Below, piece after piece: positions 27,556-37,514 of a stretch of 55,067 nucleotides of DNA; the stretch's first letter is position 1; each line of letters begins with the position of its first letter. The DNA is taken from IMG/VR virus record IMGVR_UViG_3300027969_000130, positions 1-55,067 of that record, one strand, 5' to 3'. The notes under the pieces are model-generated. The model saw only the letters and a list, made by a program, of their open reading frames with translations, was not told the DNA's origin and searched no databases. The translations under genes and the position numbers were made by a program. The DNA is from a virus. Its lineage: Duplodnaviria; Caudoviricetes.

Positions 27556-28988
27556 TTCAGCCATTCCTTCCACTCATCGCCCAACACCTGGGATGAGAGC
27601 ATCTTCTTTTCCCTAAGAGCCTTGACGATCTTCTCGTCGACGCTCTTTCGGCAGATCAAGTCCACGTAGGTCACGGTGTTCTTCTGGCCAATCCGGTGGG
27701 CTCTATCTTCAGACTGCAGCCGATGTTCTAGGTTGTAGCTGTTGGAGTAGTAGACCACGTTGGTTGCAGCGGTGAGCGTGATACCAAAGCCGCCGGTCTG
27801 AGGGTTTCCCACGAAGTACGTGCATTCAGGGTCTGTCTGGAAGCGGCGGACTGCCTCCTGTCTATCCTCATTGGAGGTGTCGCCAAAGTAAGACACGATC
27901 GACTGCTTGCCGTACTCTTCTTGCAGCTTGGCAGTGATGTCCTTGATGTCTGATCTGTAGTTGGCCCAGATGATGACCTTGCCAGAGGCTTCGTCAAGGA
28001 CTTCCATCAATGCCTTCATCCGATTGTTCTCGATGGGAATAACCTCTCCATCGTCCGTTGTGAGGTGGCCGCACACCAGCTGGTGGAGCCGAAGCAGCTT
28101 TGTAAGAACGATCGGTGCCGAGACCAGTTGGCCATCCAGTTCAGCCATAGCCTTCTCGCGAAGTGACTTGTAGTGCTTCTTCTGCTCGTCCGTAAGCTCC
28201 ACCTCGTAGTATTGGTAGATCTTCTCAGGTAGATCGAGACACTCAAGCTTGGTTCGCCTTGACGACCACCTCTTAATCGAATAGGTAAGTTCATCGAGGT
28301 TCTTGAAGCCTTTGACCTTAGTGAACGCTCTGTTGCCTGCCGTGATCTTGACCATCTCTGCATACTTTGCCCTAAATGTGTAAAAGCTGGTGAAGCCCAG
28401 CAAATGTGGATTGAGGAACCAGGCCTGACTGAACAGGTCTAGCGGATTATTGGTTACCGGAGACCCCGTCAGGATCCGTCGGTAGTCGGCCTTGCGGCCA
28501 ATCTTCACTGCTGCCTTGGTTCGCTTGGCGTCCCTGTTCTTGATGGTCGTAGATTCGTCGATCACCATCAGCGTATTGTGGCAGTTAACAAATGACTCGG
28601 CAATCTTGTAGCTGCGGTCAAAGGCCAAAGCTTCAATGTTCATGACAAAGATCTTAAGCGGCTCCATTGGAGTCAGCAGCAGGTCATAGCTTTTCTTAAG
28701 TTCGGTATTCGCTGCGCTGTCCCAATAGGTGCCGACCCATTGAACGTAGTCTGGCATGTGCTCAGGAAGTTCTTTGGTCACCCAGTTTCTGTAGGATCCC
28801 TTGTTGCCCAAGATGAACATGGCGTTGATCTTGCCTGTCGCATATAGCCAAGCAGCAGTATCGACCGTGGTCTTAGACTTGCCAAGGCCCATCTCCCAAA
28901 ACAAGGCGTATTCATCCATGTCCCTGCTGAGTTTGAAATCCTCGTCTTGATGCTCGAACGGCTTGGTCTTGTATTTGTAGTCAATCAT
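27552..28988 (-). CDS. SNF2-family (SF2) helicase
   Basis: EMGLGKS, IDES, LTGSP, GFGITLT, QSEDRAHRIGQ motifs. Confidence 0.92.
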   Translation of the reverse strand: MIDYKYKTKPFEHQDEDFKLSRDMDEYALFWEMGLGKSKTTVDTAAWLYATGKINAMFILGNKGSYRNWVTKELPEHMPDYVQWVGTYWDSAANTELKKSYDLLLTPMEPLKIFVMNIEALAFDRSYKIAESFVNCHNTLMVIDESTTIKNRDAKRTKAAVKIGRKADYRRILTGSPVTNNPLDLFSQAWFLNPHLLGFTSFYTFRAKYAEMVKITAGNRAFTKVKGFKNLDELTYSIKRWSSRRTKLECLDLPEKIYQYYEVELTDEQKKHYKSLREKAMAELDGQLVSAPIVLTKLLRLHQLVCGHLTTDDGEVIPIENNRMKALMEVLDEASGKVIIWANYRSDIKDITAKLQEEYGKQSIVSYFGDTSNEDRQEAVRRFQTDPECTYFVGNPQTGGFGITLTAATNVVYYSNSYNLEHRLQSEDRAHRIGQKNTVTYVDLICRKSVDEKIVKALREKKMLSSQVLGDEWKEWLN

Positions 28989-29179
28989 GACTGTTCCTTG
29001 GTTGGCGGCTCAATGATGTCTTGCATGATGTGAGCCCTACCCGTTGGCGTTATAACGATGCCGACGACGAGAATCTTTCCGTCATCAGTCCAGTGAGCCC
29101 TCATCCCGTAGGTTGGAAACTCAAATGGAGGTTCTCCAACCTCATTGGCCTTAAGTTGAAGCGTGATCTCTTGTTTCAT
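28985..29179 (-). CDS. Small hypothetical protein
   Basis: ATGA-coupled on both sides. Confidence 0.6.
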   Translation of the reverse strand: MKQEITLQLKANEVGEPPFEFPTYGMRAHWTDDGKILVVGIVITPTGRAHIMQDIIEPPTKEQS

Positions 29180-30684
29180 AGGTCAAAGTACCTTTGCGTG
29201 CGTGGTGTGATGATGTGTAAGTTCTTCTTGGTTCTGGTGGCTGCAACATAAAACACTCGAAGCTCGTCGTCTTGATTCTCTTGATAGCCGATGTAGGTCT
29301 TGGGGCTCATGTCAGTGATGAGCAGCACGTTGTCTGCCTCACCGCCCTTGGATCCGTGGATCGTGCTGATGGTAATGCGGGGGTCGCCACTCAAAGATTC
29401 GCCCTGTCTTAACGCTGCGAGAAAATATTCCTTTTCCTCATCGCTGATGCGGTCCAAAGCCTGATGCCAGATCGCCTTGGTCTGCAGCCCGTACTTCATG
29501 TGCAGCAGGTCCATGTTGACCATGTCTTCTGTCAGCGTCTTCAAGGACAGGTGACCGTGATCGACCATCCGCTTTGACATGTGTGAGTAGACCAGCTTCA
29601 ACTGATCGGCTTGAATGAATTCTCCCTTGCGAAGCTTCTCCCAAGACCTGATGGCAAGCAAAGCCTCAGACTTACGAGGACTCATTCCTTGACACTCGTA
29701 TGCGTAGCCCTCACGATGACATAAGTCAACCAATTCCTTGAGCATGTAGACATTCCTAGCAAGCAGCAGCCATGTTCCTTGGCTCATATCAACGTGCTCG
29801 ATGTCGTTGTGGTACGTTATTGATCCTTGATGCGCAGCAGGTTTGAAAGTCTTCTCACGCCGCCGAGTGACAGATCTAATGATGTCAAAGCTGAGGTTGT
29901 GCACAACCGCCGGTATTCGGTACGACTGGTCAAGAACGCGCACATCCCCATCCAAGGATATGAAATGATCGACGTCAGCTCCTGCCCAGCGAAAGATTGC
30001 TTGGTCATCATCTCCAGCAATATAAGTTTCATCAGCCTTCTCCATCATTCGTTCTACTACCATCCACTGCAGCTTGGATAGATCTTGTGCTTCATCCACT
30101 AGCAGGGCTTTTAACTTAGGCACGAAGCCTTCTGACCGCATCAACTCAAGCATGTCGGTGTAATCGATCAGACCTTGATTGTCTTTGTACTCCTTCAGCG
30201 ACTTTCCAAACTGTTCTAATTCAAACCATCCTAAGTCGTCGTCATTCAAGTCTTCCCACTGCTGCTTGAGAGGTACGCAGCGGATCCTAGCCATTCCTTC
30301 TGCAAAGCGTAGCTTGTCGCCTTGCGCCATACCAACCAAGGTACCATCCTCACCAGTCTGGCGTCCAGTGATCTCAACGCCAAGTTCATCACACAACTCT
30401 TGATAGTGGTTGTGCTGCATGACCTGCTGGCGGCTAAGACCCAGCTGCCTGAACGCTAGGCTGTGGATCGTTCTGAAGAATGGCATCTGCTCAACAGAGA
30501 ATCCAAAGCGGGCCCGCGCCTTGTCTCTGGCTTCTGTCGTAGCCTTCTTGGTAAAGCTGATGAAACCAATCTCATCAGGCTTCACACCCTTCTCCAGCAA
30601 AGACTCGACGATGTTCATGAGTGTCGTAGTCTTGCCGGTTCCTGGCGGACCAAGGATAATCTGCGGCTTAGATGAGGCTGCCAT
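29176..30684 (-). CDS. UvrD/Rep-like (SF1) helicase
   Basis: GPPGTGKTT, FTKKA, TIHS, VDEAQD, GDDDQAIF, QSYR, TIHGSKGGE, FYVAATR; likely start MAASSK. Confidence 0.93.
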   Translation of the reverse strand: MAASSKPQIILGPPGTGKTTTLMNIVESLLEKGVKPDEIGFISFTKKATTEARDKARARFGFSVEQMPFFRTIHSLAFRQLGLSRQQVMQHNHYQELCDELGVEITGRQTGEDGTLVGMAQGDKLRFAEGMARIRCVPLKQQWEDLNDDDLGWFELEQFGKSLKEYKDNQGLIDYTDMLELMRSEGFVPKLKALLVDEAQDLSKLQWMVVERMMEKADETYIAGDDDQAIFRWAGADVDHFISLDGDVRVLDQSYRIPAVVHNLSFDIIRSVTRRREKTFKPAAHQGSITYHNDIEHVDMSQGTWLLLARNVYMLKELVDLCHREGYAYECQGMSPRKSEALLAIRSWEKLRKGEFIQADQLKLVYSHMSKRMVDHGHLSLKTLTEDMVNMDLLHMKYGLQTKAIWHQALDRISDEEKEYFLAALRQGESLSGDPRITISTIHGSKGGEADNVLLITDMSPKTYIGYQENQDDELRVFYVAATRTKKNLHIITPRTQRYFDL

Positions 30685-32191
30685 TGCTGAAGTCCGGAGT
30701 CTGATGGCCTTTATCCTGGAAGGAGAAGGCTGGCACAGACCAGACAGTGGCACGTTTCCCGTTCAGCTTATAGGTATGCGTTTCACCGCCGTAGTCACGA
30801 ATAGCAGAACTGATCTGATTGAGCTTGAATTCCTTAAACTTCTGCTTGTCAAGGAAGTTGATGAAGTCTGCCAGCCTAAACAGGTGGCGGTTGTCATCAC
30901 GGTCATGGAATGGTTTGCCAAGAAGGATCTCGTCAAGATGCTTGGCCTGCGCCTTGCCTGTGCAATAACGTTCTAACAGGTCGATGAACTGGCCCTTAGG
31001 ACTAGCATCCTCAGGAGCCTCAATGATCACTACGTCTTGCAGCAGCGCCTGTATCATTTGATTCCATTGCATCAGGTTCATCTTTGGCGGCATGTAATTC
31101 ATTGCCTCCATACATCTCTTTTGGAAGCCCGCCTGATTCTGCAGATCTTCTGTAGACAGTGACAAGCGCATTCCGTTGTCCATGTCAAGGAACCAGATGG
31201 GAGGTTCCGTGTTGTACTTGCTCAGTGATGATAGTCGTGGCGTTCCTGATTGCTGGCCCACGCCAAACTTACGCATGCGGCACATTCCAGCGTTGCAGTT
31301 GGGTCGTAGTGGCGGCCTGCTGCATGTGTACTGGTAGTCACTGTTCTGCATCGATTGAATGACCCCCATTGCTTCTGACTCAGGCAGCGGAGGATCCATG
31401 ATGTCTATATTCATCTGCATGACTAATGGCTGCCAATCATCTGGTTTCATCTTTCTTGCTAAGACGCATAGGTTGAACAGACCATTGTTTCGTGTACCTT
31501 CAGGGAAGCCTGTTTGAGCTAACTTCTCGATGCATGGAGGAGCGTCCTTATATGCTCTCTTCTTGCTCTTAGATTCTGCAAACTTAAGACGTACAAAGTT
31601 GGCTCTTGTAAGTTTAAGACCTTCAGCAAATGCTAGGAAATCATCTATCTGCATCGGGCCGCCGTTCTCAGCAACCCCGTATCTGGATGTTTGGTCGCCT
31701 TCAAAGTAAGGCATGTTGATCCAGTTGCCGACGTCACCGCGTTCAGACAACACTTGATCTTGTTTGGGAAAGATCTCGCAACTTGGATGGCCAATCACGC
31801 TGGCCAACTCACCGAGCTTTCGTTTGACATCAGCCGCCGGTATAGGCTCGCTGAAAAACATGTAAATGTGAGCGCCTCCCGACTTGCTGCGGCAGACCGC
31901 TACCGGAGCCTTGGCTTTGGCGCAAGCTTCAACGGCATCCTTAAGGTCAAAGTTCTTATATTCATCAATGTCAATCGCACCAAAGAGGCATGTGTTGTCC
32001 TCTCTGATTGGCACAATACCGATTCCTTTTGTCCCTGCTAGGTGCGCATCCCATAGCTGCTCCGTTACCGGCGCCCTCTTTGTGATTGCTGTCCCCTGAA
32101 CCTTTAGGCCAGTATTCTTGCCATCGATGTCATAGGTCCCGTAAGCACCTGTGTGCCCGGAAAATAGCGCCATGAATCTTTGTGCAAGCAT
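30668..32191 (-). CDS. Primase, AEP (prim-pol) type with PriCT-like domain
   Basis: AIDID, SKSGGAH, EIFPKQ, GNWINMPY, then PPC...EGTRNNGLF; no helicase domain. Confidence 0.82.
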   Translation of the reverse strand: MLAQRFMALFSGHTGAYGTYDIDGKNTGLKVQGTAITKRAPVTEQLWDAHLAGTKGIGIVPIREDNTCLFGAIDIDEYKNFDLKDAVEACAKAKAPVAVCRSKSGGAHIYMFFSEPIPAADVKRKLGELASVIGHPSCEIFPKQDQVLSERGDVGNWINMPYFEGDQTSRYGVAENGGPMQIDDFLAFAEGLKLTRANFVRLKFAESKSKKRAYKDAPPCIEKLAQTGFPEGTRNNGLFNLCVLARKMKPDDWQPLVMQMNIDIMDPPLPESEAMGVIQSMQNSDYQYTCSRPPLRPNCNAGMCRMRKFGVGQQSGTPRLSSLSKYNTEPPIWFLDMDNGMRLSLSTEDLQNQAGFQKRCMEAMNYMPPKMNLMQWNQMIQALLQDVVIIEAPEDASPKGQFIDLLERYCTGKAQAKHLDEILLGKPFHDRDDNRHLFRLADFINFLDKQKFKEFKLNQISSAIRDYGGETHTYKLNGKRATVWSVPAFSFQDKGHQTPDFSNGSLI

Positions 32192-32218
32192 AATTCTTTC
32201 TCGTTTTAGTTGATAGGC

Positions 32219-32237
32219 GGAGTGGCCGAAGCCACCC
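32219..32237 (-). terminator. Stable CUUCGG hairpin upstream of primase
   Basis: GGGTGGC-TTCG-GCCACTCC; no strong U-tract. Confidence 0.4.
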
Positions 32238-32243
32238 CTTGAC

Positions 32244-32429
32244 TTAACCGCCTCGCGCGGCAGCTTTCAACGGACTATTCGTCACGTGATCTGTCTGCTT
32301 TGCGACCTTGACCTTGGTATTCACCGCAGCGCGTTTAAAGGTAGACTTTGAAGCCTTGCCTTTAGACACGCCTTCTTTATGGTAACGACCAGGGCCTTTT
32401 TTAGTTGCCGATGGGTTCTTGTTACTCAT
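32244..32429 (-). CDS. Small very basic protein
   Basis: 61 aa Lys-rich; fills the gap in the replication operon. Confidence 0.5.
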   Translation of the reverse strand: MSNKNPSATKKGPGRYHKEGVSKGKASKSTFKRAAVNTKVKVAKQTDHVTNSPLKAAARGG

Positions 32430-32440
32430 GACCGTCCCTG

Positions 32441-33211
32441 TTAGTAAGGAACATCGTCATCAGCAGCTGCAACACCTTCTTGCGGAGGCTCAGCAACTTT
32501 CACAAGTCCAGCGGTTACGTCTGAACCAAACTTTTTAGCTGCGTCGTAAACGCCACGATCTTGAACCATGCTTGGATCGTTGATCAACCAACCATACCAG
32601 CTGTTGGCATCCTTAGTCTCCATGCCTGTTCCCAAGTGGTAGCTATGGCTAAACGGTGGAGGCGTGAATGACTTGTCGCCAACCTTGACTTGCAAGGCCA
32701 TCATCTGACCAAGCCAGCGGCGTGACTTCTTAAGCTGTGTCGAAGACATTGCAATCAGGGCACGTTCAAAGCCGCCTTCAGACAACACCAACACGTAGTG
32801 ATACGCAGTAGTGACGATCAGGTTGCCGTTGGCCAAGACATCTTGGTTGCGTTCGTTCTTCTTGGTCTTTTCGAGGATCTTCTCGTCAGTCCATTCTTTG
32901 ACCAAACCGCCGCCAGCTTCACGAGGAGTCCATTCAACATAGCTCTTCTTAAAGGCGCAAGGGATGACGCGGACTTCTTTCATCAGCACACCAGTGACGG
33001 TGTTGATGATCAAGCCCTCTTCAGCACCAGCAACTTTGGTGACTCCACGAAGTTCAGGCGATAAAGCCTGCAGCACCTTGAGGTACGGGATAGCGACATC
33101 GTTTGCTGACACGTTCTCGAAACCGAGACCTGCGTCTGCCATCATGTCGTCTGCAAATGCCACTAGGGCGGTCGGCTGCTGTACAGCCACTTCAGTTTTC
33201 TTAACCATCAC
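32441..33211 (-). CDS. Single-stranded DNA-binding protein (probable)
   Basis: IPYLKVLQALSP, MSSTQLKKSRRW, acidic C-terminal DDDVPY tail. Confidence 0.7.
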   Translation of the reverse strand: MMVKKTEVAVQQPTALVAFADDMMADAGLGFENVSANDVAIPYLKVLQALSPELRGVTKVAGAEEGLIINTVTGVLMKEVRVIPCAFKKSYVEWTPREAGGGLVKEWTDEKILEKTKKNERNQDVLANGNLIVTTAYHYVLVLSEGGFERALIAMSSTQLKKSRRWLGQMMALQVKVGDKSFTPPPFSHSYHLGTGMETKDANSWYGWLINDPSMVQDRGVYDAAKKFGSDVTAGLVKVAEPPQEGVAAADDDVPY

Positions 33212-33756
33212 TTACTCCTTTTGATTTTGGCAATTTGGCCGATATAAACGTTGAAAAGTTCAAGAGGAAATTCGGCTCCGCTTTCCACTTGCTCTTTGAC
33301 GAATGCTGTCAAAGTCTGAGGATGAACACCCATCTTGCCAGAATAATCCATGCCTTGCTCTAACAGCTGGGCTTTGAATTCTTCGGCCTTCTCGTGCTCA
33401 CCGCGATTGAATGTCAGGACGACTTCGTCTTTGATTAGCGCCTCGTGGCCGTGGTCTTCCAACCAGCCAAAGCACTCTTCACGTTTCTCGTCACTGATCT
33501 TGGCGCTGTAATACGGTTTGACGGTCACTTCACTACCATCTGTAAGCGTAAACTTAGCCACACCAACTTCTGCCATAGCATCAGGCAACTGCTTCTCAGC
33601 AATCTCCCTAGCCTGTTCTTTCAAGAGCTTCAGACGCGTTTCCGTGTCCTTAATCTCTTCATCAAGATCTGTGTATCGCTCTGCAAGCGTACTGATCTTG
33701 CCCAAGCCTTGATCAGATGGCATCTGACTATCGGCCAACATCTCTTGTTCAAGCAT
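33208..33756 (-). CDS. Conserved replication-module protein
   Basis: LPDAMAEVG...LTDG...WLEDHGH.ALIK...VHPQTLTAFVKE; adjacent to SSB. Confidence 0.65.
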   Translation of the reverse strand: MLEQEMLADSQMPSDQGLGKISTLAERYTDLDEEIKDTETRLKLLKEQAREIAEKQLPDAMAEVGVAKFTLTDGSEVTVKPYYSAKISDEKREECFGWLEDHGHEALIKDEVVLTFNRGEHEKAEEFKAQLLEQGMDYSGKMGVHPQTLTAFVKEQVESGAEFPLELFNVYIGQIAKIKRSK

Positions 33757-34066
33757 TTCTAGCTCCTGTAAGGTCTGCCTCTAAGGCGTAGTAACGATGC
33801 TCTTGGCGATCCCATTTCAGCATCTTGATCTTGCCGCTATTGAAGCCAGCAGCAATTGCGACGGACATACCGATGGCGATGGGGTCTCCAATAGCCAGCA
33901 GAAAATCGCTGTCCGAAAAACTCCTAAGCTTGTCACGCAAGACGCGGATGGTTGGCGCAGTGGCCATCATCACTTGTCCTGGTGGCAGCAATGTTTGAAG
34001 GTCTCCATACTCCGCAGCGGGCAGCAGGTTAAACTTCGGCGATTCTTGTACGACATAGACTGTCAT
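33749..34066 (-). CDS. Conserved hypothetical protein
   Basis: VYVVQE...AAEYG...DFLLAIGDP...LKWD; coupled on both sides. Confidence 0.65.
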   Translation of the reverse strand: MTVYVVQESPKFNLLPAAEYGDLQTLLPPGQVMMATAPTIRVLRDKLRSFSDSDFLLAIGDPIAIGMSVAIAAGFNSGKIKMLKWDRQEHRYYALEADLTGARNA

Positions 34067-34470
34067 TGTTGTCCTCCAACTTGTGCATGACGCACGATAT
34101 ACTCAGTGCAAAAAGGTGGCACGTTAAAAAGCAGGTTGTTCATGTTCTCCCAATCGAATGGCTTGGTGCAAGTCCATATCTCATAGAGATCCATCTCTCG
34201 CTGAATCTGGAGTACCTTTAGGACATTTTCGTTGCGAGCGAGTACAAATACACGTCCTCCACTTTCCTGACGCTTACGGTGCCATAGGACCTGTTCAGGA
34301 CGCAACTCACATTTGCCTTTGGCATCCAAGACTTTTAACTCTAGCCAAAGCTCGCTGCCTTCATGGCACATGTTCACGTCTGGAGTTCCTCTTGTCAAGG
34401 CGTTCTCAACGCGTTCCACGTGGCCTGGCAGCTTGCCTTTGACCAGAGCCCAAAACTGGCTTTCCTTCAT
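34063..34470 (-). CDS. PD-(D/E)XK nuclease, Holliday-junction resolvase/VRR-NUC-like
   Basis: MKESQFW...RVEN...GTPDV...WLELK...Q..W; ATGA overlap with polA stop. Confidence 0.8.
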   Translation of the reverse strand: MKESQFWALVKGKLPGHVERVENALTRGTPDVNMCHEGSELWLELKVLDAKGKCELRPEQVLWHRKRQESGGRVFVLARNENVLKVLQIQREMDLYEIWTCTKPFDWENMNNLLFNVPPFCTEYIVRHAQVGGQQ

Positions 34471-36329
34471 AGCTTCACCTCCACCGCTTCTCCCCAATTG
34501 GGTCCAAGCTCGCAATCTACTTTCAATGGCACGACCAAGTCCACGCATGTCAACATCTCCTGACGAATCATTCGGGCATGATCCAAGTCCCGTACACTGA
34601 AGTCCAATTCATCGTGAATAGTCAGATGAGGAACTTCGCCTTTTTTGAACAAGTTGATCATCGCCATCTTGATCATGTCTGCCGACGAACCCTGGATCAC
34701 CGCGTTCATTGCCTTGTGGACAAAGTAACGCTTTAAGGGCAAGCCGTACTTCTCTTCAGCCAAGTCTTTCTTCAATGGAATAAGACCTGGGCTGTACTTT
34801 GGTGGACCAAACAACTGGAACCTACGGCGCCGTCCAAGGAATGTCTTGACATAGCCGCGATTGGTTGCAATCCGCGTGCATTCCTCACCAAGCGCCTTAA
34901 TGAATGGCACGTTGGCATGGTATTGCTCGTAGACGCGTTTGGCTTCTGCTGGCGGCAAGCCAAGCTGAGTGGCTGCCTTGGCTGCTCCCATACCGTAGGC
35001 CAATCCAAGGTTTAGCGTCTTCGCATTCTTTCGACTGATTCCAGCCATGTCTGCAACAAGCTGATGGTAGTCAGTATCAGGGTCATCAAGGTAACGGTTA
35101 CGCGCCGTCTCAGCTCCAGGAAAATTCCGTAGGTAGCTGTAGTGAACCGTGACACGAGGCTCTTGCTGCGAGTAGTCAAAGACGCCCCATTGGCAACCTT
35201 CTTCTGGTACAAAGATGCTTCGAATAAGAGGCGCGAGCACCGGATCTCGAGCTGGTACCTGTTGCATGTTCGGATTAGACGACGCAAAACGCCCCGACTT
35301 TGTGCCACCTCGATCGTCTCTGACCTGTCTGAATGTTGGGTAAATCTTGCCATCTTTTTCCATCTGAATGATCTTGCTGTCGATAAATACTCCACCGGCC
35401 CGGTCAAGCTTCCGGACCTTCGAAATCAAGGAGAAAAATTCATGTTCACTAGCTTCAAGAAACTCACTGGGAAAACTAGCATTCCCCTTTTCAGTCTTTG
35501 GGTAATCCAGCTTCAATGCGTCACTGGCTGCCTGTATATCGTCACCAGACCAGATGTCTACATCCCGCTCTGCAACCTTCTTCAATTGCTCCGTGAGCTT
35601 GCCTTGCTCATCAAGTAACTGAGCCTTGACTTTTTGGGCGCGGTCTAGATCGACAGGAACCCCACGTTGACGCATTGCTACCAGTACATCGACAAGCTGC
35701 GTCTCAATGTCAAAGACTTCCCAGAGCTTTTCGTCGTGCAGCAAGACTTCTTGTTGTGCAAAGATACGGATCGGCAGGTCTGCGTCTTTGCGTCCGTAAG
35801 GAGCCACTTCAGAAGCATGAAACTGCCAGAGGTTTTCTTTGACCTTACTAGGATGAATACCGCGTCTGACTGCTGCTGCAATCAAAGCCGTCTCGTCTTT
35901 TGTCTCGCCAAGGTAAGACTGCGCCAAGGCATCAAGCTTGTATGTGATGCGATCCTCATCAAGCAAAGGTTCTGCAATCTGCACGTCGTACTTAGGACCA
36001 CCGACCTTGACATTCTCTGTCAGCAACCATTCCAAGTCGTAAGGTAAATTCGCGCCCACCTTTGGAATGTCTGTTTTCAGCATGTCACGAAGCCAAGCAA
36101 ACGCATTGTCGGGGTTGAGGTTCCCACCTGCTGCATGACGGACAGGATAGTATTCAGCAAATCCATCGTCTGTAGCCACAGAGAATCCAACAATATAGCC
36201 GTCTTTTCGTACACCGCCAGGTCCTTTAGTCATTAAGTTCGGGTCGCGCGTCTCGCAATCGATAGCTATTCGCTTTGCTAGCAGCAGATTGGGAAAGTGC
36301 TTCGGCGGTTGATATGATGATTCGTCCAT
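34467..36329 (-). CDS. polA: Family A DNA polymerase (3'-5' exo plus pol, no 5'-3' exo)
   Basis: ExoI DCET, ExoII NLPYD, SGRFASSNPNMQQ, motif A DYSQQEPR, motif B KTLNLGLAYG, IQGSSAD, motif C IHDEL. Confidence 0.95.
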   Translation of the reverse strand: MDESSYQPPKHFPNLLLAKRIAIDCETRDPNLMTKGPGGVRKDGYIVGFSVATDDGFAEYYPVRHAAGGNLNPDNAFAWLRDMLKTDIPKVGANLPYDLEWLLTENVKVGGPKYDVQIAEPLLDEDRITYKLDALAQSYLGETKDETALIAAAVRRGIHPSKVKENLWQFHASEVAPYGRKDADLPIRIFAQQEVLLHDEKLWEVFDIETQLVDVLVAMRQRGVPVDLDRAQKVKAQLLDEQGKLTEQLKKVAERDVDIWSGDDIQAASDALKLDYPKTEKGNASFPSEFLEASEHEFFSLISKVRKLDRAGGVFIDSKIIQMEKDGKIYPTFRQVRDDRGGTKSGRFASSNPNMQQVPARDPVLAPLIRSIFVPEEGCQWGVFDYSQQEPRVTVHYSYLRNFPGAETARNRYLDDPDTDYHQLVADMAGISRKNAKTLNLGLAYGMGAAKAATQLGLPPAEAKRVYEQYHANVPFIKALGEECTRIATNRGYVKTFLGRRRRFQLFGPPKYSPGLIPLKKDLAEEKYGLPLKRYFVHKAMNAVIQGSSADMIKMAMINLFKKGEVPHLTIHDELDFSVRDLDHARMIRQEMLTCVDLVVPLKVDCELGPNWGEAVEVKL

Positions 36330-36723
36330 TTTTTATCCAAAGTTGTTTTGCTTCTTGGTGAGGGTAATCAGACACATACACGATGCGCCTGCAGCTTGTG
36401 TTCAAGAGCAATTTCATACAGGTCATGCATGGCATAGCCGTGACATACGCCGTATCTATTTGATCCACGTCTTTGCATTGGAGGAGGGCGTTCTGTTCCG
36501 CATGAATAGCTTCACATACATCCAAGCCAGTCCCCGAAGGCAAAGAAGCACCGGGACAGCGAACGTCAGTGCAATGAGTATGACCACGAGGCACCCCGTT
36601 ATAACCAGTACTGAGAACATGCCCACGAGAAGATATGAGAACGCAGCCCACACTCCGCCTAGCGCAAGTGGCTCTTCGAGCAACGAGTAAAGCCAATTCC
36701 GAAAAGTATTCATCTCTGTTCAT
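36226..36723 (-). CDS. dCMP deaminase-family protein
   Basis: TCARRSVG, TGYNG, HAEQNA, PCMTC zinc motifs; ATGA-coupled to TS homologue. Confidence 0.9.
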   Translation of the reverse strand: MNRDEYFSELALLVARRATCARRSVGCVLISSRGHVLSTGYNGVPRGHTHCTDVRCPGASLPSGTGLDVCEAIHAEQNALLQCKDVDQIDTAYVTAMPCMTCMKLLLNTSCRRIVYVSDYPHQEAKQLWIKNGRIIISTAEALSQSAASKANSYRLRDARPELND

Positions 36724-37514
36724 CCTTTCCATGTTGATAATTCCTTGAGAAAACCGTTCTTAGATGTTCCATAAGCCACGGCCCACAAGTGATTGACCAA
36801 GTGGTCGTAGTCATTAAAGTCATTCAGATTGATTGGCTCATAGTCGCCAAGAATCTCACCTGACAAGCAAGGTTCTACCTTGTCCCAATTCTCTTCATAC
36901 AAGTGTTGGCTTGCAGCATAGAAGTGCAAGGCACCAAGCTTGACAGTCATGCCCTTCTCACGCAGCATCAATGCAACGCCGGCTGACAGCATACTGAAGT
37001 TGAACCAGTCGTAAGGCACGCCAAGCCAAGCATCAGAGGAACGCATGTTCATGAAGCAATGGATCATGCCCATCCGGATAACGAACTGGCAGCTGATGGT
37101 ACATGGGATGTCTCTTGATGCACGAGGGTTTGGCCGCCAAATGGTGATGACAGCTTGACGCGTGTCTGGATCACCGAGTAACGACTGAACCACGTGAGAC
37201 AGTTGATCGCGTATTCTTGGTCCATAGGCGCCAAAGAAAAGGATACCGTCGTCAGAGAAGTTGCTGATCTGTTTGCTAAACGGGGCAATTGTGCTGACGC
37301 GGTTATCGCCAGCCATGATCCATGCTGCTTCAGCTGCCATAAACTTGTAGCCAAGATTGCGCTCCTTGATAGTGATGACAGGCTGGTTCATGTCAATCAT
37401 TGACTTGAAGCCCATTAGTTCCTTTGTACGTTTTCCACGTGGGCTGGTATCGATGCCACTGTTCATGATGACATCTAACAAGCCTTGCCAGTTCATGTTG
37501 GTTGTGTTAACCAT
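36720..37514 (-). CDS. Thymidylate-synthase-superfamily enzyme, probably dCMP hydroxymethylase/methylase
   Basis: AEAAW, GAYGPR, TRQAV, catalytic DIPC, MRSSDAWLGVPYD (Asp at the Asn177 specificity position), HLYE. Confidence 0.8.
   Translation of the reverse strand: MVNTTNMNWQGLLDVIMNSGIDTSPRGKRTKELMGFKSMIDMNQPVITIKERNLGYKFMAAEAAWIMAGDNRVSTIAPFSKQISNFSDDGILFFGAYGPRIRDQLSHVVQSLLGDPDTRQAVITIWRPNPRASRDIPCTISCQFVIRMGMIHCFMNMRSSDAWLGVPYDWFNFSMLSAGVALMLREKGMTVKLGALHFYAASQHLYEENWDKVEPCLSGEILGDYEPINLNDFNDYDHLVNHLWAVAYGTSKNGFLKELSTWKG

Noticed and set aside
36720-37514. Canonical thyA
   Set aside because: Asp replaces the dUMP-specifying Asn and the folate-binding C-terminus is divergent, so the symbol is withheld.
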